From Octopus sinensis (taxonomy: Eukaryota): DNA of 64,000 nucleotides. The stretch spans positions 25,606,001 through 25,670,000 of the forward strand of contig NC_043003.1 in assembly GCF_006345805.1 (NCBI RefSeq), read 5' to 3'. Of this stretch, positions 38,215 to 51,033 are shown in pieces. The notes under the pieces were generated by a model. It was not told where the DNA came from. It saw nothing but the letters and a program-made list of their open reading frames with translations, and did not search any database. A program made the translations under genes and the position numbers. Within the stretch, counting starts at the first letter, position 1. Each line of letters opens with the position of its first letter.

Positions 38215-38890
38215 ATCATCATCATCCTCATTATCATTTAATGTCTACTTTCCAAGCTGGCATGGGTTAGATGGCTTGACTGGAACTAGTAAGCTGGAGT
38301 GCTGCCCCAGGTTTCATTCTGATTTGGTATGGTTTCTATGGCTGGATGCCCTTCCTAATGCCACCCACTCCAAGAGTGTAAAGGGTGTCATTTACATGGC
38401 ACTGGTAATGGCCATGACACCAGTAATGACCATGACAATGGCAATAGACACAACTATGGTTTTCCTTGTCATGATGAGTCTTCACAAGCACAGCATATCA
38501 CCAAGGTCTTGGTTACTTGTCATTATCTCTATGAGGCCTGACATTCAAAGATCATGCTTCACCACTTCATCCCATGTCTTCCTGGGTCTTCCTCTTCCAC
38601 AGGTTCCCTCCACAGTTAGAGATCAGCACTTCTTTACATAGCTGTCCTCGTCCATACACATCACATGACCATACCAACACATTCATCTCCTTTGCACACC
38701 ACATCTGATGCCTCTTATGTCCAGTTTTTCTCTCAAGACACTTATACTCTCAAGACACTTATACACTGACATTGCACATCCAGCGAAGCATACTAGCTTT
38801 CATTTTTTCCCAAGCCTTTGCACGTCCTCTGTGGTTACAGCCTATGTTTCACTGCTGTGGAGCATGGCTGTTCACACACAGGCAACATAC
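38215..38890 (-). mobile_element. RTE LINE 3' fragment with decayed ORF2 C-terminus
   Basis: AMLHSSET*AV..MLRWMCNVS..WYGHVMCMDEDSYVKKC..GRGRPRKTWDEVVKHDL followed by the family A tail. Confidence 0.85.
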
Positions 38891-38954
38891 AGCCTTCTTT
38901 TCATCCATTCATTCATTCATTCATACATACATACATACATACATACATACACAC

Positions 38955-39016
<62 letters not shown>

Positions 39017-40369
39017 GTAGATAGACAGCTAGACAGATAGAGAGACAGACAGACAGATATAGATATAAAACGATATATATACAGGCAGGATATATAAATA
39101 TATATATACATATATGTATATATGATGATGATGATTGTTCATTCGTGACTGTGTAAGACCATCACTGACTATTGTCCATGCAAAATGCCAGCAATGCCCA
39201 TGCAGGAAGTTATTGTACCAACGGTTGGTTTAACTCAGGTTCATGCTTGCAGCTTCCATTCTTGCCATGACACCCTCCTGCTCAATCCGCATCTGAAAGT
39301 TGTCTGACTGGCCATTGCTCAACCTAAAATTTAAAGTTCTATAAGGTTTGCACAACACCTCACAGACCCTCTCAGCCTTATTCATATGAACAAGAGACAA
39401 GCCAGAGCAAGATATCCAATGCCAATATGGGTCACAAGCTCAGGAATGTTGGGTTACCATGATTTCAAGCACAAAAATAAAATCCACAAAATCTTCAATG
39501 CCATTCCTTGTATATCTGGGTTTTTTTTATCAGAATGACCTTCTTCTAGAAACATGCTTCAACAAAAGCTGAGAGGTACTTCACTCTCAATGGTCTTCCT
39601 GCACACCAGACACTAACCAGGATTCTCTGAGGGCCCATGTTATTTGCTAGATAGTCGTTGAATCTACACTAAGTCCATTCTTTTGACAGATTTTGTTTTT
39701 ATTCCTACTGAATTTCTAGCAACCTTCATCAACAGGCAATCCTAGTAGGGGATGCAAGTTTAGTCACTGACAATCCAACCATGCAACTAGTTGTACTTGC
39801 TTCCATGTTACCAGAAGAACTTGAGTCTTCACAAGTAACCTCACACACACACACACACATGCACACACAAATATATATATATATGTATTCATTATCATCA
39901 ATTTAATATCCACTTTTTCCATGATTGCATAAGTTGAAAGGAATATTTATTAAGGCAGATTTTTCTAAGACCAGATGCCTTTCCTATCACCAACAATCAG
40001 CTGTTTGTAATCAAAGGTAACATTTCCCTTTGGCCATGTTTATTTTCATAACACAATCTTGACCAACAATGTTAAATAGTAATATCTTGACATTGTATCA
40101 CACACACGTATACACACACACATGCGTGTGCATCATACATTTCTTTCAGTTTCCTTCACAAGGCTATTAGTAGAAGACACTTGCTGAAGGCACCACATAG
40201 TGGGATAGAACCTGAAATTAACATGGCTGAGAACCAAACTTGCAAACCACACAGCCACACCTGAACCTATATTTGAAATTTTAAGTTTAACATGTGGCAG
40301 AATCAATTTGTGGAGAACATTCAAAAGCCTGTTGCATTTATTTTGTGAAAAAACATTTGAGCAAGGTCA

Positions 40370-40637
40370 TTGCCAGTCTGCTGGACTGACTCCTGTGCAG
40401 GTGGCACATAAAAAGCACCAGTTGAGCTGCCAATACTGCTTGTCTGGCCCTTGTGCTGGTGGCACATAAAAGCATCCATTACACTCTCGGAGTGGTTGGC
40501 ATTAGGAAGGGCATCCAGCTGTAGAAACTCTGCCAGATCAGATTGGAGTCTGGTGCAGCCATCTGTTCGCCAGACCTCAGTCAATCGTCCAACCCATGCT
40601 AGCATGGAAAGCGGATGTTAACTGATGATGATGATGA
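40370..40637 (+). mobile_element. RTE 3' tail (family A)
   Basis: Aligns with other copies; (GAT)n end. Confidence 0.8.
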
Positions 40638-41714
40638 TAATGAAAAACTTTATCATAATTATTTATTAAAACGAAAATTAAAAATTGCTTCCAGCAATTT
40701 AGTCCACAAAAGAGGAAAGGTTGATAAGAAAGCCAAACACGCAGTCTTCAACTTGGTTTTTCTGTGCTGGGGGCCATGTAAAATACACCCATGCTGGCAT
40801 CCCATAAAAGCACCTGTGCTGATGTCACATTAAAAAGCTTCCATGCTGGTGCCACATGAAAAGCATACAGTACACTCTGTAAAATGTTTGCCATTCAGAG
40901 GAGCATCTAGCCATAGAAACCATGCCAAAACAGACAATTAGAGCCTGGTGCAGCTCTCTGGCTGATGGATGGACGAACAGACAGACAAGTGGGCAGGTAG
41001 ACTGAGTGACGGACAGACAGACGGATGGATGGATACACAGTCTATTTTATGTGATTCAAGCTATTGTATAAAATCAGTCAGAGAGTATATTTCCAGAACT
41101 TTTGAATTGCGTAACAAATTTTATATGTAACATTGGTTGATGTTGAAAATTAATAATCTCTGAAATAAATCTATTTAAAACATAATATAGTCTCTTACGT
41201 ATCCTTTTCATGGATTCATTCTACCATACACAGAACTAAAGTCATAAATTTTAAATTGCATAACGGCTCTATAATGAGTTTGTTGCATTTGCACACTAGT
41301 GCATGTATATATTTATATATTTAGATACATATTTATACACATATGCATATGCACACATACACATAGATATACACACACATACACACATATATGCATATTT
41401 ACATGCACACATTTATAGTATATCTAATTATTTCATCAAGAACTCAACTAGTAATTAGTCTCAAAGTTTAATTATTGGATTCCAATTGTAACATTAGAAG
41501 AAGTGGAGATGGCAATGGGATTAGCGATTGAAATGGTGGTAATGGAAATAATGATGGTGCTGGTGGTGGTGATGGTGATGGTGATAGTGGTGGTGGTGGT
41601 GGTAGTGGTGATCACAATGGGAGGTGTGAAAAGTAGTAGCGATCTTGTATTAGACACAGTTTCAGGGTTAGGTTAAAAGGTGCGGAACATGAGACATTGC
41701 TGTAAATCTATCAT

Positions 41715-41753
41715 CTGTGTGTGTGTATATATATATTACACACACACACACAC

Positions 41754-41817
<64 letters not shown>

Positions 41818-41944
41818 TATAATATATATATATATACATACATACATACATACATACATACATACATGCATATATATATACATATATATATATGTATACA
41901 TACATATATATGTATACATACATATATATGTATACATACATACA

Positions 41945-41994
<50 letters not shown>

Positions 41995-42088
41995 TATTAT
42001 ATATATATATACATATATATATATACACATATATATATACATATATATATATGCATATATATATATATATATGTGTGTATATATATAT

Positions 42089-42120
<32 letters not shown>

Positions 42121-42141
42121 TATACACACACACACACACAC

Positions 42142-42211
<70 letters not shown>

Positions 42212-42354
42212 ATATATATATATATATATATACATACATACATACATACATACATACATACATGCATATATATATACATATATATATATATATGTATACA
42301 TACATATATATATACATATATATATATGTATACATACTACATATATACATATAT

Positions 42355-42405
<51 letters not shown>

Positions 42406-42461
42406 CATATACATATATATATATATATACACATATATATTACATATATATATATGCATAT

Positions 42462-42505
<44 letters not shown>

Positions 42506-42611
42506 ATATATCTATATATATATATATATAATTATACACACTGAGAGAGATATCATCATCATTTAACATCCATAGTCCACGCTGGCATGTATACATACAT
42601 ACATACATACA

Positions 42612-42667
<56 letters not shown>
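41715..42667. repeat. ~950-bp compound (TA)n microsatellite with higher-order duplication
   Basis: Marker tattacacacacacacacacaactata recurs at ~41735 and ~42120. Confidence 0.9.
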
Positions 42668-42671
<4 letters not shown>

Positions 42672-42999
42672 TCAACCATCCTAAGTAATGGTAGTGGTAA
42701 TCAGTGTTTGGTAGAGTCTGGGAAAGCACTGCAAAAGCAATAGCTGCAGCTGTAGGGGTTGTTAGGGTTTCCACCCCTGCAGGCCATCCCATTAGTCTGT
42801 CAATGGTACCTAACTGAGCTTTTGGTAATGAGACTTAATCAACAATGGCCCATTACGCCTAGCTATAAATAGGAGCAATTTTGAAAGAGTTATAAAGGTT
42901 ACTGCTATAATACACTAGTGTTTTATTAACTGTGTATTGGTATCAGTATAAGTACTGAGCTTAGTACTTAGTACTTCTGTTGGTTTACTGGAAGAACTA

Positions 43000-43230
43000 A
43001 ACTCAATATTGCCCACTAAATTTAACACTTATAGCTCAAAATCTTTCATACACACTGAGAAATCCAATAGGTTTATGTAGGTTAAATAAAATGGGTTAAA
43101 GAACAGATCCATGTGGTACTCCAGCTGAGAAATTTCAAAGCTCAGATTTCATATTCTAGATGTATTCTTGTAATCCTGTATTAAGAAAAAAAGTGATCAG
43201 TGAATGAAGTAAAAATCCTAAGGTGGAGAT
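43000..43230 (-). pseudogene. Old CR1/L2-type RT remnant
   Basis: SAGVPHGSVL*PILFNL resembles the GVPQGSVLGPLLF motif. Confidence 0.5.
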
Positions 43231-43437
43231 TGGTGAGTGGTGTAAAAATACTGCAGTGATTGGTGAGTGATGTAACATTACTGTGGTGATTGGTTAGTGC
43301 TGAGTGATAAGTGCTGAGTGTTGAGTGGTGAGTGATGTAGCAGTTGTTGATGGGTGGTATAATAAGGCTGTGATGATTTAAAGTGGTGGGAAGCTGTGAA
43401 AGAGGGAGACCAAATTAGACATGGGATGAAGTATTAA

Positions 43438-43659
43438 CCCTTTCGTTACTGTATTTATTTTGAGATGCTTTGTGTTTCTTCCAATTATTTTAAATATAAC
43501 AAAGAATTTAGTAAAATAACATTGTTATCATTAAGCTAGTTTTAGGAACATAAATTGTGACTAAGATTTGGTGGAAGATTTTAATTCAAAACTTATGAAA
43601 ACAAGACATTTATACTAAAGAGCCAGAGCCAGTTTCAGCCAGGTTTGGTAACAAAAGGG
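43438..43659. mobile_element. piggyBac-type MITE (222 bp)
   Basis: TTAA|CCCTTTCGTTAC ... GTAACAAAAGGG|TTAA (TIR 11/12 match, TTAA on both sides). Confidence 0.85.
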
Positions 43660-44069
43660 TTAAAGGCTGATCTCAAAATGCTAAGCCTTATGAAAGAAAT
43701 GACAGAGGACAGAGATACGTGGCACATTGCTGTACTCAGGAAGACCCATCCACCATAATAGAATTGATATCCTAAAACCAAGGAGCCATGTAAAAAGCAT
43801 TTGTATAGGTGCTGGTGCCATATAAAAAGCACTGGTGCTGGTACCACAAAAAAGGCATCGGTGATCGTGTCATGTAAAAAACATCCAGTACACTTTGTAA
43901 AGTGGCTGGTGTTAGGAAGGGTCCCTAGCTGTAAAAACCAAGCCAAAACAGACTATGGAATCTGGTGTAGCCTTTGCCAAACTGTCCAACCAATGCCAGT
44001 GTAGGATTTTTGTTATCTATCTCTGTCTGATATCTGCACTTGTAGGGTGCTTCACACATTTCCCTACAA

Positions 44070-44485
44070 TGTTGTAGAAAGGAATAAAAACGGCAGGAAC
44101 ACAAATAGCTAAACAAATAACAATAATAGTTTATTGTTTCACAGAAGGAGATACATCATCGCTGGTCATCGGTAGAATGAACACCTGGGTTAGGAAGGCA
44201 GCAGAGTTGGATTAAATCACTATAGTTAAAACAGTCTTCACTGCCTGTGGAGTCTGGTTTGCCCTTCGAGTCTGGTTCTCCCCTTCACTCAGAGCCTTGT
44301 CGGGACACATCTTAATTCATTGACTGCTAAGAACCAAGAGGCTTGGAATAGAGGGCAAGGCTAAGTGCTCCTGATTACTGCGCGTGCGCATCAGGGGACT
44401 TCCAGCAGCCTACTGGAAGACACCAAACATTGCACATGCACAGATGGACATCCCAAAATGGCGTCTAAAACTTGGTGTCACTACA
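44070..44485 (-). mobile_element. Candidate solo LTR
   Basis: TGTTGTAG...CACTACA ends and AATAAA near the minus-strand 3' end; no TSD found. Confidence 0.4.
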
Positions 44486-44529
44486 CCAGTATGAAAAACA
44501 GACATTAAATGTTGGTGATGATGATGATG

Positions 44530-45025
44530 TACCACTACTGTGATATTTAGTGAGTGGTGTAACACTGCTTTGGGGATTGGTGAATTGTGTACATATGTTA
44601 TGGTGATTAGCAAGTAATGTGATGACTGGCAAGTGGTGTAACAGTACTGTGGAGATTGATGAGTGATATGCCTATGCTATTGTGGTCAGTGAGTGGTATA
44701 ATGGTGCTGTGTTGCTGATGATTGGTGTAATAATACTGTGGTGGTTGATAAAGGGTACCAGTACTATGGTGTCTGGTGAGTGATGTAACATTGCTGTGGT
44801 GATTAGTGAGTGGTGTAACAGTGTTGTGTTGTTTGTGAGTGGTGTAATGATGCTATGGAGATTGATGAGTAGCGTATTAATACTGAGGTGAGTGACGAGA
44901 CATGTACAAGCACTGTAGTATTTGGTGAGTGGTTTAATAATGCTGTGGAGATTGGTGAGTAATGTACCAGTGCCTTGGTAGTTGGTTAATGGTATAACGG
45001 TGGTTGGAGATTGGTGAGTGGTATG
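44530..45025. repeat. Degenerate ~32-bp minisatellite (gattggtgagtggtgtaacagtactgtgg-like)
   Basis: Repeated gtgagtggtgtaa cores; related units at 43223-43350. Confidence 0.75.
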
Positions 45026-45220
45026 CAGAAGCATCAGATGGTGGAAGGATTGCAGAGCAACATGAAATGAAATTAAATGTTTTGCTTGAGAACACAATGC
45101 ACTACTGGGTCTGTGAATCAAAATCCTGACCTTGTAACACCCTACCAACACACATACACACACACACATACACACATGTGCACACACATGCATACACATT
45201 CACACATTTATACATATATA

Positions 45221-45454
45221 CCTATTTCTTTACTACCCACAAAGGGCTAAACACAGAGGGGATAAACAAGGACAGACAAACAGATTAAGTCGATTATATC
45301 GACCCTAGTGCGTAACTGGTACTTAACTTATTGACCCCGAAAGGATGAAAGGCAAAGTCGACCTTGGCGGAATTTGAACTCAGAACATAACGGCAGACGA
45401 AATATGGCTACGCATTTCGCCCGGCGTGCTAAAGTTTCTGCCAGCTCGCCGCCT
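45221..45454 (-). mobile_element. SINE family D, long-tail CpG-rich subfamily
   Basis: Reverse complement of the 50807-51033 type; also at 62414-62602 and 63417-63652. Confidence 0.8.
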
Positions 45455-45633
45455 ATGGGCATATGCACACACACAAACACAAACATAAATATATTTGTGT
45501 GTACTTTCCAAAGCTCCTCTGCAAGTATCATCTGCTGAATGCTATTATACTGTCTGACTTCTGTCACTGGACACACGTGTAGAAATCCATAAATACCTGT
45601 AGATTTTATACAAAAATATTAATAAAAGAAGAT

Positions 45634-46891
45634 GGATTAAATATGCTTTATTATGTATCACTACAATTGTTTCAGCACACCATTACCAGCTGTTCATTGC
45701 TGAATGTTACATATATTATAAATAACATTGTGTGAATATTACTCAGCACTAGTGGTATATGCATCTTCTCAGTTGAGTAATGTAAAAAGCTCTGTTATAT
45801 CAGATTTTTTTTTCCACATTATATACATACACTGAAATACTATTTTTAGCATTCTAGAGACAAGAAAACAACAAAAACAAATAAAAACAAAAGAAGGAAA
45901 ACAAAGCAAAGAACAAAGAAAAAAATATTTTCACTCAACCTTAAACTGCAAACTCATCATCATTTGCTGGAATTTTAGGAAAAATAAGAATAAACATTGA
46001 AAGATAAGCATGACATGAAAAGATAAACTTTATCAATTCTCTATCTCTTGTGCTTGTCACAGGATACTAAAATCTGCCAATTTGCAGACTTAATTTTAAA
46101 TATATAATATCACTACTAGCTCTTTGTTTTTGTTGATTTCAAAGCCATTAAGAAAGACTATTAAACTAACAAACTGCATGATTTTGAATATGCATTGTAT
46201 GGTATGCATTCTGCACCACTAACTGTATCATACTGTATTGTACCTTTCTTTCTTTGAGGCTCCAAGTCAGTGCTATGAGGAATGAGCATTATCTCTTACA
46301 GATGCACTTAAATGATGTATTGTGATTTCTCCAATGGTGTTTGAAATAGCTGCTTGTTGTACCTACATATGCATAGACATTTGCACTTGTTCTAACAGTA
46401 CATTTGTATATAATGCTTTCACAGAGATACTTGTTTGCCAGAAGACAAACTTTCCTACTGCTACAATTACATTTTTAAAAAATACTATTTTCAACCTGGT
46501 TACTACTTTTCTTATTCCTGTTTTTGCTTTTCATCTTAGTACTGCCATGATCATTATTATTGTTGCTGTTACATTACTTGTTATCATTGTTATCCCTTAT
46601 GTCATTGTTATTAGTGTTTACAACACCTCGTTATGTACATTAAATATGCTAACTTCAATATTTATTACTAATATTAGAATCAATTGGAATACTTTGATTA
46701 TATTTTGATAATATATCAAAATTTGATATATCAGAGCTTTAACTTTATTCACCTGAAGAAATGCATATTCCACTTGTACTAAGTGATATCAACACGATGC
46801 TGTTTATAATATATGTAACATTCAGCAATGAGCAGCTGGTAATGATGTGTTGAAACAATTGTAGTAATATATAATAAAGCATGTTCAATCC
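45634..46891 (-). mobile_element. Penelope-like element fragment with inverted terminal arms
   Basis: ~170-bp inverted arms (45634-45803 / 46724-46891) containing GAAACAATTGTA..AATAAA, with a GIY-YIG remnant between them. Confidence 0.8.
46165..46470 (-). pseudogene. GIY-YIG endonuclease remnant (Penelope-like)
   Basis: NCSSRKVCLL..CESIIYKCTV..AYVGTTSSYFKHHWRNHNTSF..TWSLKE..PYNAYSKSCSL matches the PLE pattern C.C..CPL..C..IY..YIG.T..FK.R..NH..SF..W.LK..PY..C.LC. Confidence 0.8.
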
Positions 46892-46925
46892 AGCTTCTCT
46901 TCTTAATCTATATATATATAGAGAG

Positions 46926-47080
46926 AGAGTAGTTGTATACTGTCAACTTAATGTAAACATAAGGACACAGAAAATGTGTCACGGCCAACAGGAAGCGTTG
47001 CTGCTTCCTAGGGCTGAATAGCAGTGGTGTGATTCCCTTCATTGGACTATCACATTAAGTTGACAGTATACAACTACTCT
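46926..47080. other. 155-bp hairpin element with perfect 29-bp inverted arms
   Basis: agagtagttgtatactgtcaacttaatgt (46926-46954) and its exact reverse complement (47052-47080). Confidence 0.85.
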
Positions 47081-47597
47081 ATCATGCCACTACTGCATAT
47101 ATCTCTCTGAGATATTAGAAATGTATTATTTACATACATATTTATATATATATATATATGTATTTATACCAGAGTAAGCACATAAATGCAAAACAAGGTG
47201 GAAAAAATAGTACTCAAACACCAGAGGTAGAGTGATATGCTTTATTGATTAATATTTTTCTGATAATAATTTACCCTGGGTATTCAGGCTCTATCTTTCT
47301 TTATAAGCTATTTTTGATTTAAGGTTGTTTTTCAATTTTTATAATAAGATGATTTTATACTGCAATTTGTTTACTACATGCAACAGGTCATTGAAAAGAC
47401 TGTTAGTTGAAAGGACCAATGAAAGAAAGCCATTTTCAAATGTGTATCTATTAAACTAATTGTATATTTTTGCTTATAACCATATTTTTGTTCCATTCTA
47501 AACAAAAGAATCCGACGAATGAGAATGTGAAACTCTGAGTAACAGTTTTTGTGATATTTTTGCTGCTTTTTAATAAAGTATATATATATATATATCT

Positions 47598-47909
47598 GGA
47601 GGTGTAATGGCCCAGTGGTTAGGGCATTGGACTCACAGTCATAGGATTGCAGTTTCGATTTCCAGACTGGGCGTTGTGAGTGTTTATTGAGCAAAAACAC
47701 CTAAAGCTCCATGAAGCTTCGGCAGGGAGTGGTGGCGATCCCTGCTGTACTTTTTCACCACACCTTTCTCTCACTCTTTCTTCTGTTGGCCTGCTCGCTC
47801 AGCCAGCAGAGTGGCATCATCTGAAGGCTAAAACAATGCAAAGCACATTCTGACCAGCAATGTGTAGCAACATCTGATAGCCTGGTCTGTCACATGATCA
47901 CGTGATATA
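47598..47909 (+). mobile_element. SINE family C variant with a different 3' half
   Basis: ggcccagtggttagggc head, gtttcgattt B-box-like; ends gcctggtctgtcacatgatcacgtgatata. Confidence 0.75.
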
Positions 47910-48795
47910 TATATATATATACATATATACCCGTGATATATACATATGATACCCGTGATACACATCAGATGCCAGAATGATTGCAGAGTAATGTAAGATG
48001 AAGTACTTATATCACTATAAGATACCCGGATATTTATATCACGTGATCATGTGACAGACCAGTCAATATATATACCGATAGATAGGTACAGAGACAGACA
48101 TATAAAAATATGCATGTATTATATAAGCCCAACCCATGTGAGTATGGAAAACAGGCATTAAATGATGGGAATGATCATATTTTTCTTATCAGTCTCTTAG
48201 GTTATTTGCACAACTCTGAACTGTGAATCCATTTTGACTGTCACTCTCACTATTAATGCACTCTGTTACATTGATTTCATTGTTATTGTGACCTGGTGGG
48301 TGATAAGCCTCATGTAGTGATGCAAGCCTTAACAAATACGTTTCCCAATACAGGTGTTTATACAAGTATTTCTATTGATCTGCCAATTGATCTATTTATC
48401 TAAGTCTACTTCTGAGTCTATATAACTTTGAATATATCATTTCAGACATACGCATGTGTGCATATATACATAGTGGACTCTCCTATCGTAGACAGCAGAT
48501 GAAGGTTTTGTCATTTGTTGCTGAACATATTTATTTACAATGGTCAAATGGAGGGAATGAGCTGTAAATTAGCTCACTCCATCCAACAAATTGATATTGA
48601 TACCCGTGATACACATCAGATGTTAGAATGATTGCAGAGTAATGTAAGATGAAGTACTTTGCTTCAAGAACACCGTGCACCACCCAGACTAGGAATCGTA
48701 AACATGATCTTGTGATCATGAGTGCAACACCCTAACAACTAAACCATGCACCTTCATGTGTGTGTGTGTGTGTGTGTTTGTAGATATATATATCA

Positions 48796-49193
48796 CAAGC
48801 AGTATCGCCCGGCGTTGCTCGGGTTTGTAAGGGAAATAACTATATAAACATTTTTAGAGAGTTATAGCCAAAAAATAGCAAAAAAAGCATTAAAAATGGA
48901 AAAAAAATTATGGTAATTTTTTTTTTAAATCGTTGACTCATCGTAGACATTTTTAGAGAGTTACTTCCCTTATATAATAGCGAAAAAATGCATTAAAATG
49001 GTAAAAAAATGATGGTAAATTTTTTTTTAAATCGTAGACTCATTGTAGACGCGCGCTAATACCCAGAAGGGCTCGATATGAATCACGACTATAAGATACC
49101 CGGTTTTGGTTAAACTGCACCGCAAAATGTGGGAGTAATTAGGAATCTAAATCGTAGGAGACAGACACACAACTTCACTTTTATATCTAAAGA
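48796..49193 (-). mobile_element. Non-autonomous Helitron (~400 bp)
   Basis: Minus-strand 5' A|TCTTTAGATATAAAAG; 3' hairpin cccgagcaacgccggg then cgatactg-CTTG|T (CTAG with one change); internal gtagactcatcgtagac duplication. Confidence 0.75.
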
Positions 49194-49624
49194 TATATTA
49201 TATCTATCTGTGTGTACTTATTATATCTATAGGCTCAGGCATAGCTGTGTGGTAAGAAGATTGCTTCCCAACCACATGGTTCTGGGTTCAATCCCATTCT
49301 TTGATATCCAAAGCAAATCTTTTCTACTATAGCTTCAAGCCAACCAAAGCTTTGTGAGTGAATTTGGTAGGTGGAAACTGAAAGAAGCCAATCATATACA
49401 TACACAGACACATACATATGAGTGTATATGTGTTTTTATCCCCCACCACTGGCTGACAACTACTGTTGATTTATTTACCTATCAGTAACTTAGTAGTTCA
49501 GCAAAAAAGACTGATACAATAAGTAGCAGGCTCAAAAAAACGGCTGAAGTTGATTCATTCAAGTAAAACTCTTTAAGACAATGTCTCAGTATGGCTGCAG
49601 TCTAATGACTGAAACAAGCAAAAA

Positions 49625-49629
49625 GTATA

Positions 49630-49687
<58 letters not shown>

Positions 49688-49721
49688 CATATATATATAT
49701 ATACATACATACATACATACA

Positions 49722-49790
<69 letters not shown>

Positions 49791-49798
49791 CATATATC

Positions 49799-49845
<47 letters not shown>

Positions 49846-49920
49846 ATATGTATATCGCATATATCATATACACACACATATATATATACATACAAATACA
49901 CACACATTATATATATACAA

Positions 49921-49961
<41 letters not shown>

Positions 49962-49970
49962 CATACACAT
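49625..49970. repeat. Compound TA/TACA/CT/CA microsatellite
   Basis: Direct reading. Confidence 0.95.
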
Positions 49971-50806
49971 GTGTGAAAAGTTTGAATTATATTTCTTTTA
50001 ATTTGGAGGATTCCCAAAAACGATTTCTAATATAGATTCTTCATATTTTACTTGTAGCTTACCAGTGCAAGTTTGCGAATATGACAATAATACTTGTATA
50101 TGGTGTCTTATGTGAAGTATATAGGGTAAAACATCATAGAAAGGAACAGACAGCTTAATCACCAAAAAACATGATGAAGTCAGACTAATTAGGCGGGGGT
50201 TTTCATGGGATAGTAATTACACATAGCACACCACATACCATAACATATAACTTATAACATATGCAAAGCAATTTAATTCCCCATATAACTCAATATCCCA
50301 TGATTTTAGTATATTTAATACTAGAGGGTAAGTTTACAATGGATGCGACACCAAAATTAATTTCCACCATCAAAATTCAAGCACGTCACCTATAATCACT
50401 AATTTCCAAAATACTTAAATGTACGGGTGACATAATACCCTTAGGGCTAATCTATTATTAATCAGGTGGTTCTTGTCCCTATACTTAAAAATCTCATGAG
50501 TTTCTACAGAGCATAGCTCACACCCATATTAACTATCTCTATGAGGCTGTGCTTTCCGTATTATATCCCATTTAAGACTAAATTTGATCCTACTTTCCTT
50601 CAGTTCCAAAATCTTGCTAGATGAGGACATACAATTGGCTTTATGTTTGAGTCTAAAAGATGAAAAATGGTTATTGATACTTTTTTTTCATATTTACCGA
50701 ACATCCTATATATATATAAAGTTACCAGCCTCTTTCTTGTTCATAAATAGATGCTTTTTAGTTACTTAAGCCGATGCAAGATGGTTATACTATATCCATA
50801 TAAGAA

Positions 50807-51033
50807 AAGCGGCGAGCTGGCAGAAACATTAGCACGCCGGGCGAAATACGAAACCGTATTTCGTCTGCCGTTACGTTCTGAGTTCAAATTCCGCCGAGGT
50901 TGACTTTGCCTTTCATCCTTTCGGGGTCGATAAATTAAGTACCAGTTATGCACTGGGTCGATGAAATCGACTAAATCCCTTTGTCTGTCCTTGTTTGTCC
51001 CCTCTGTGTTTAGCCCCTTGTGGGTAGTAAAGA
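50807..51033 (+). mobile_element. SINE family D, long-tail CpG-rich copy
   Basis: gcggcgagctggcagaaa head; central domain; tail gccccttgtgggtagtaaagaa. Confidence 0.8.
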
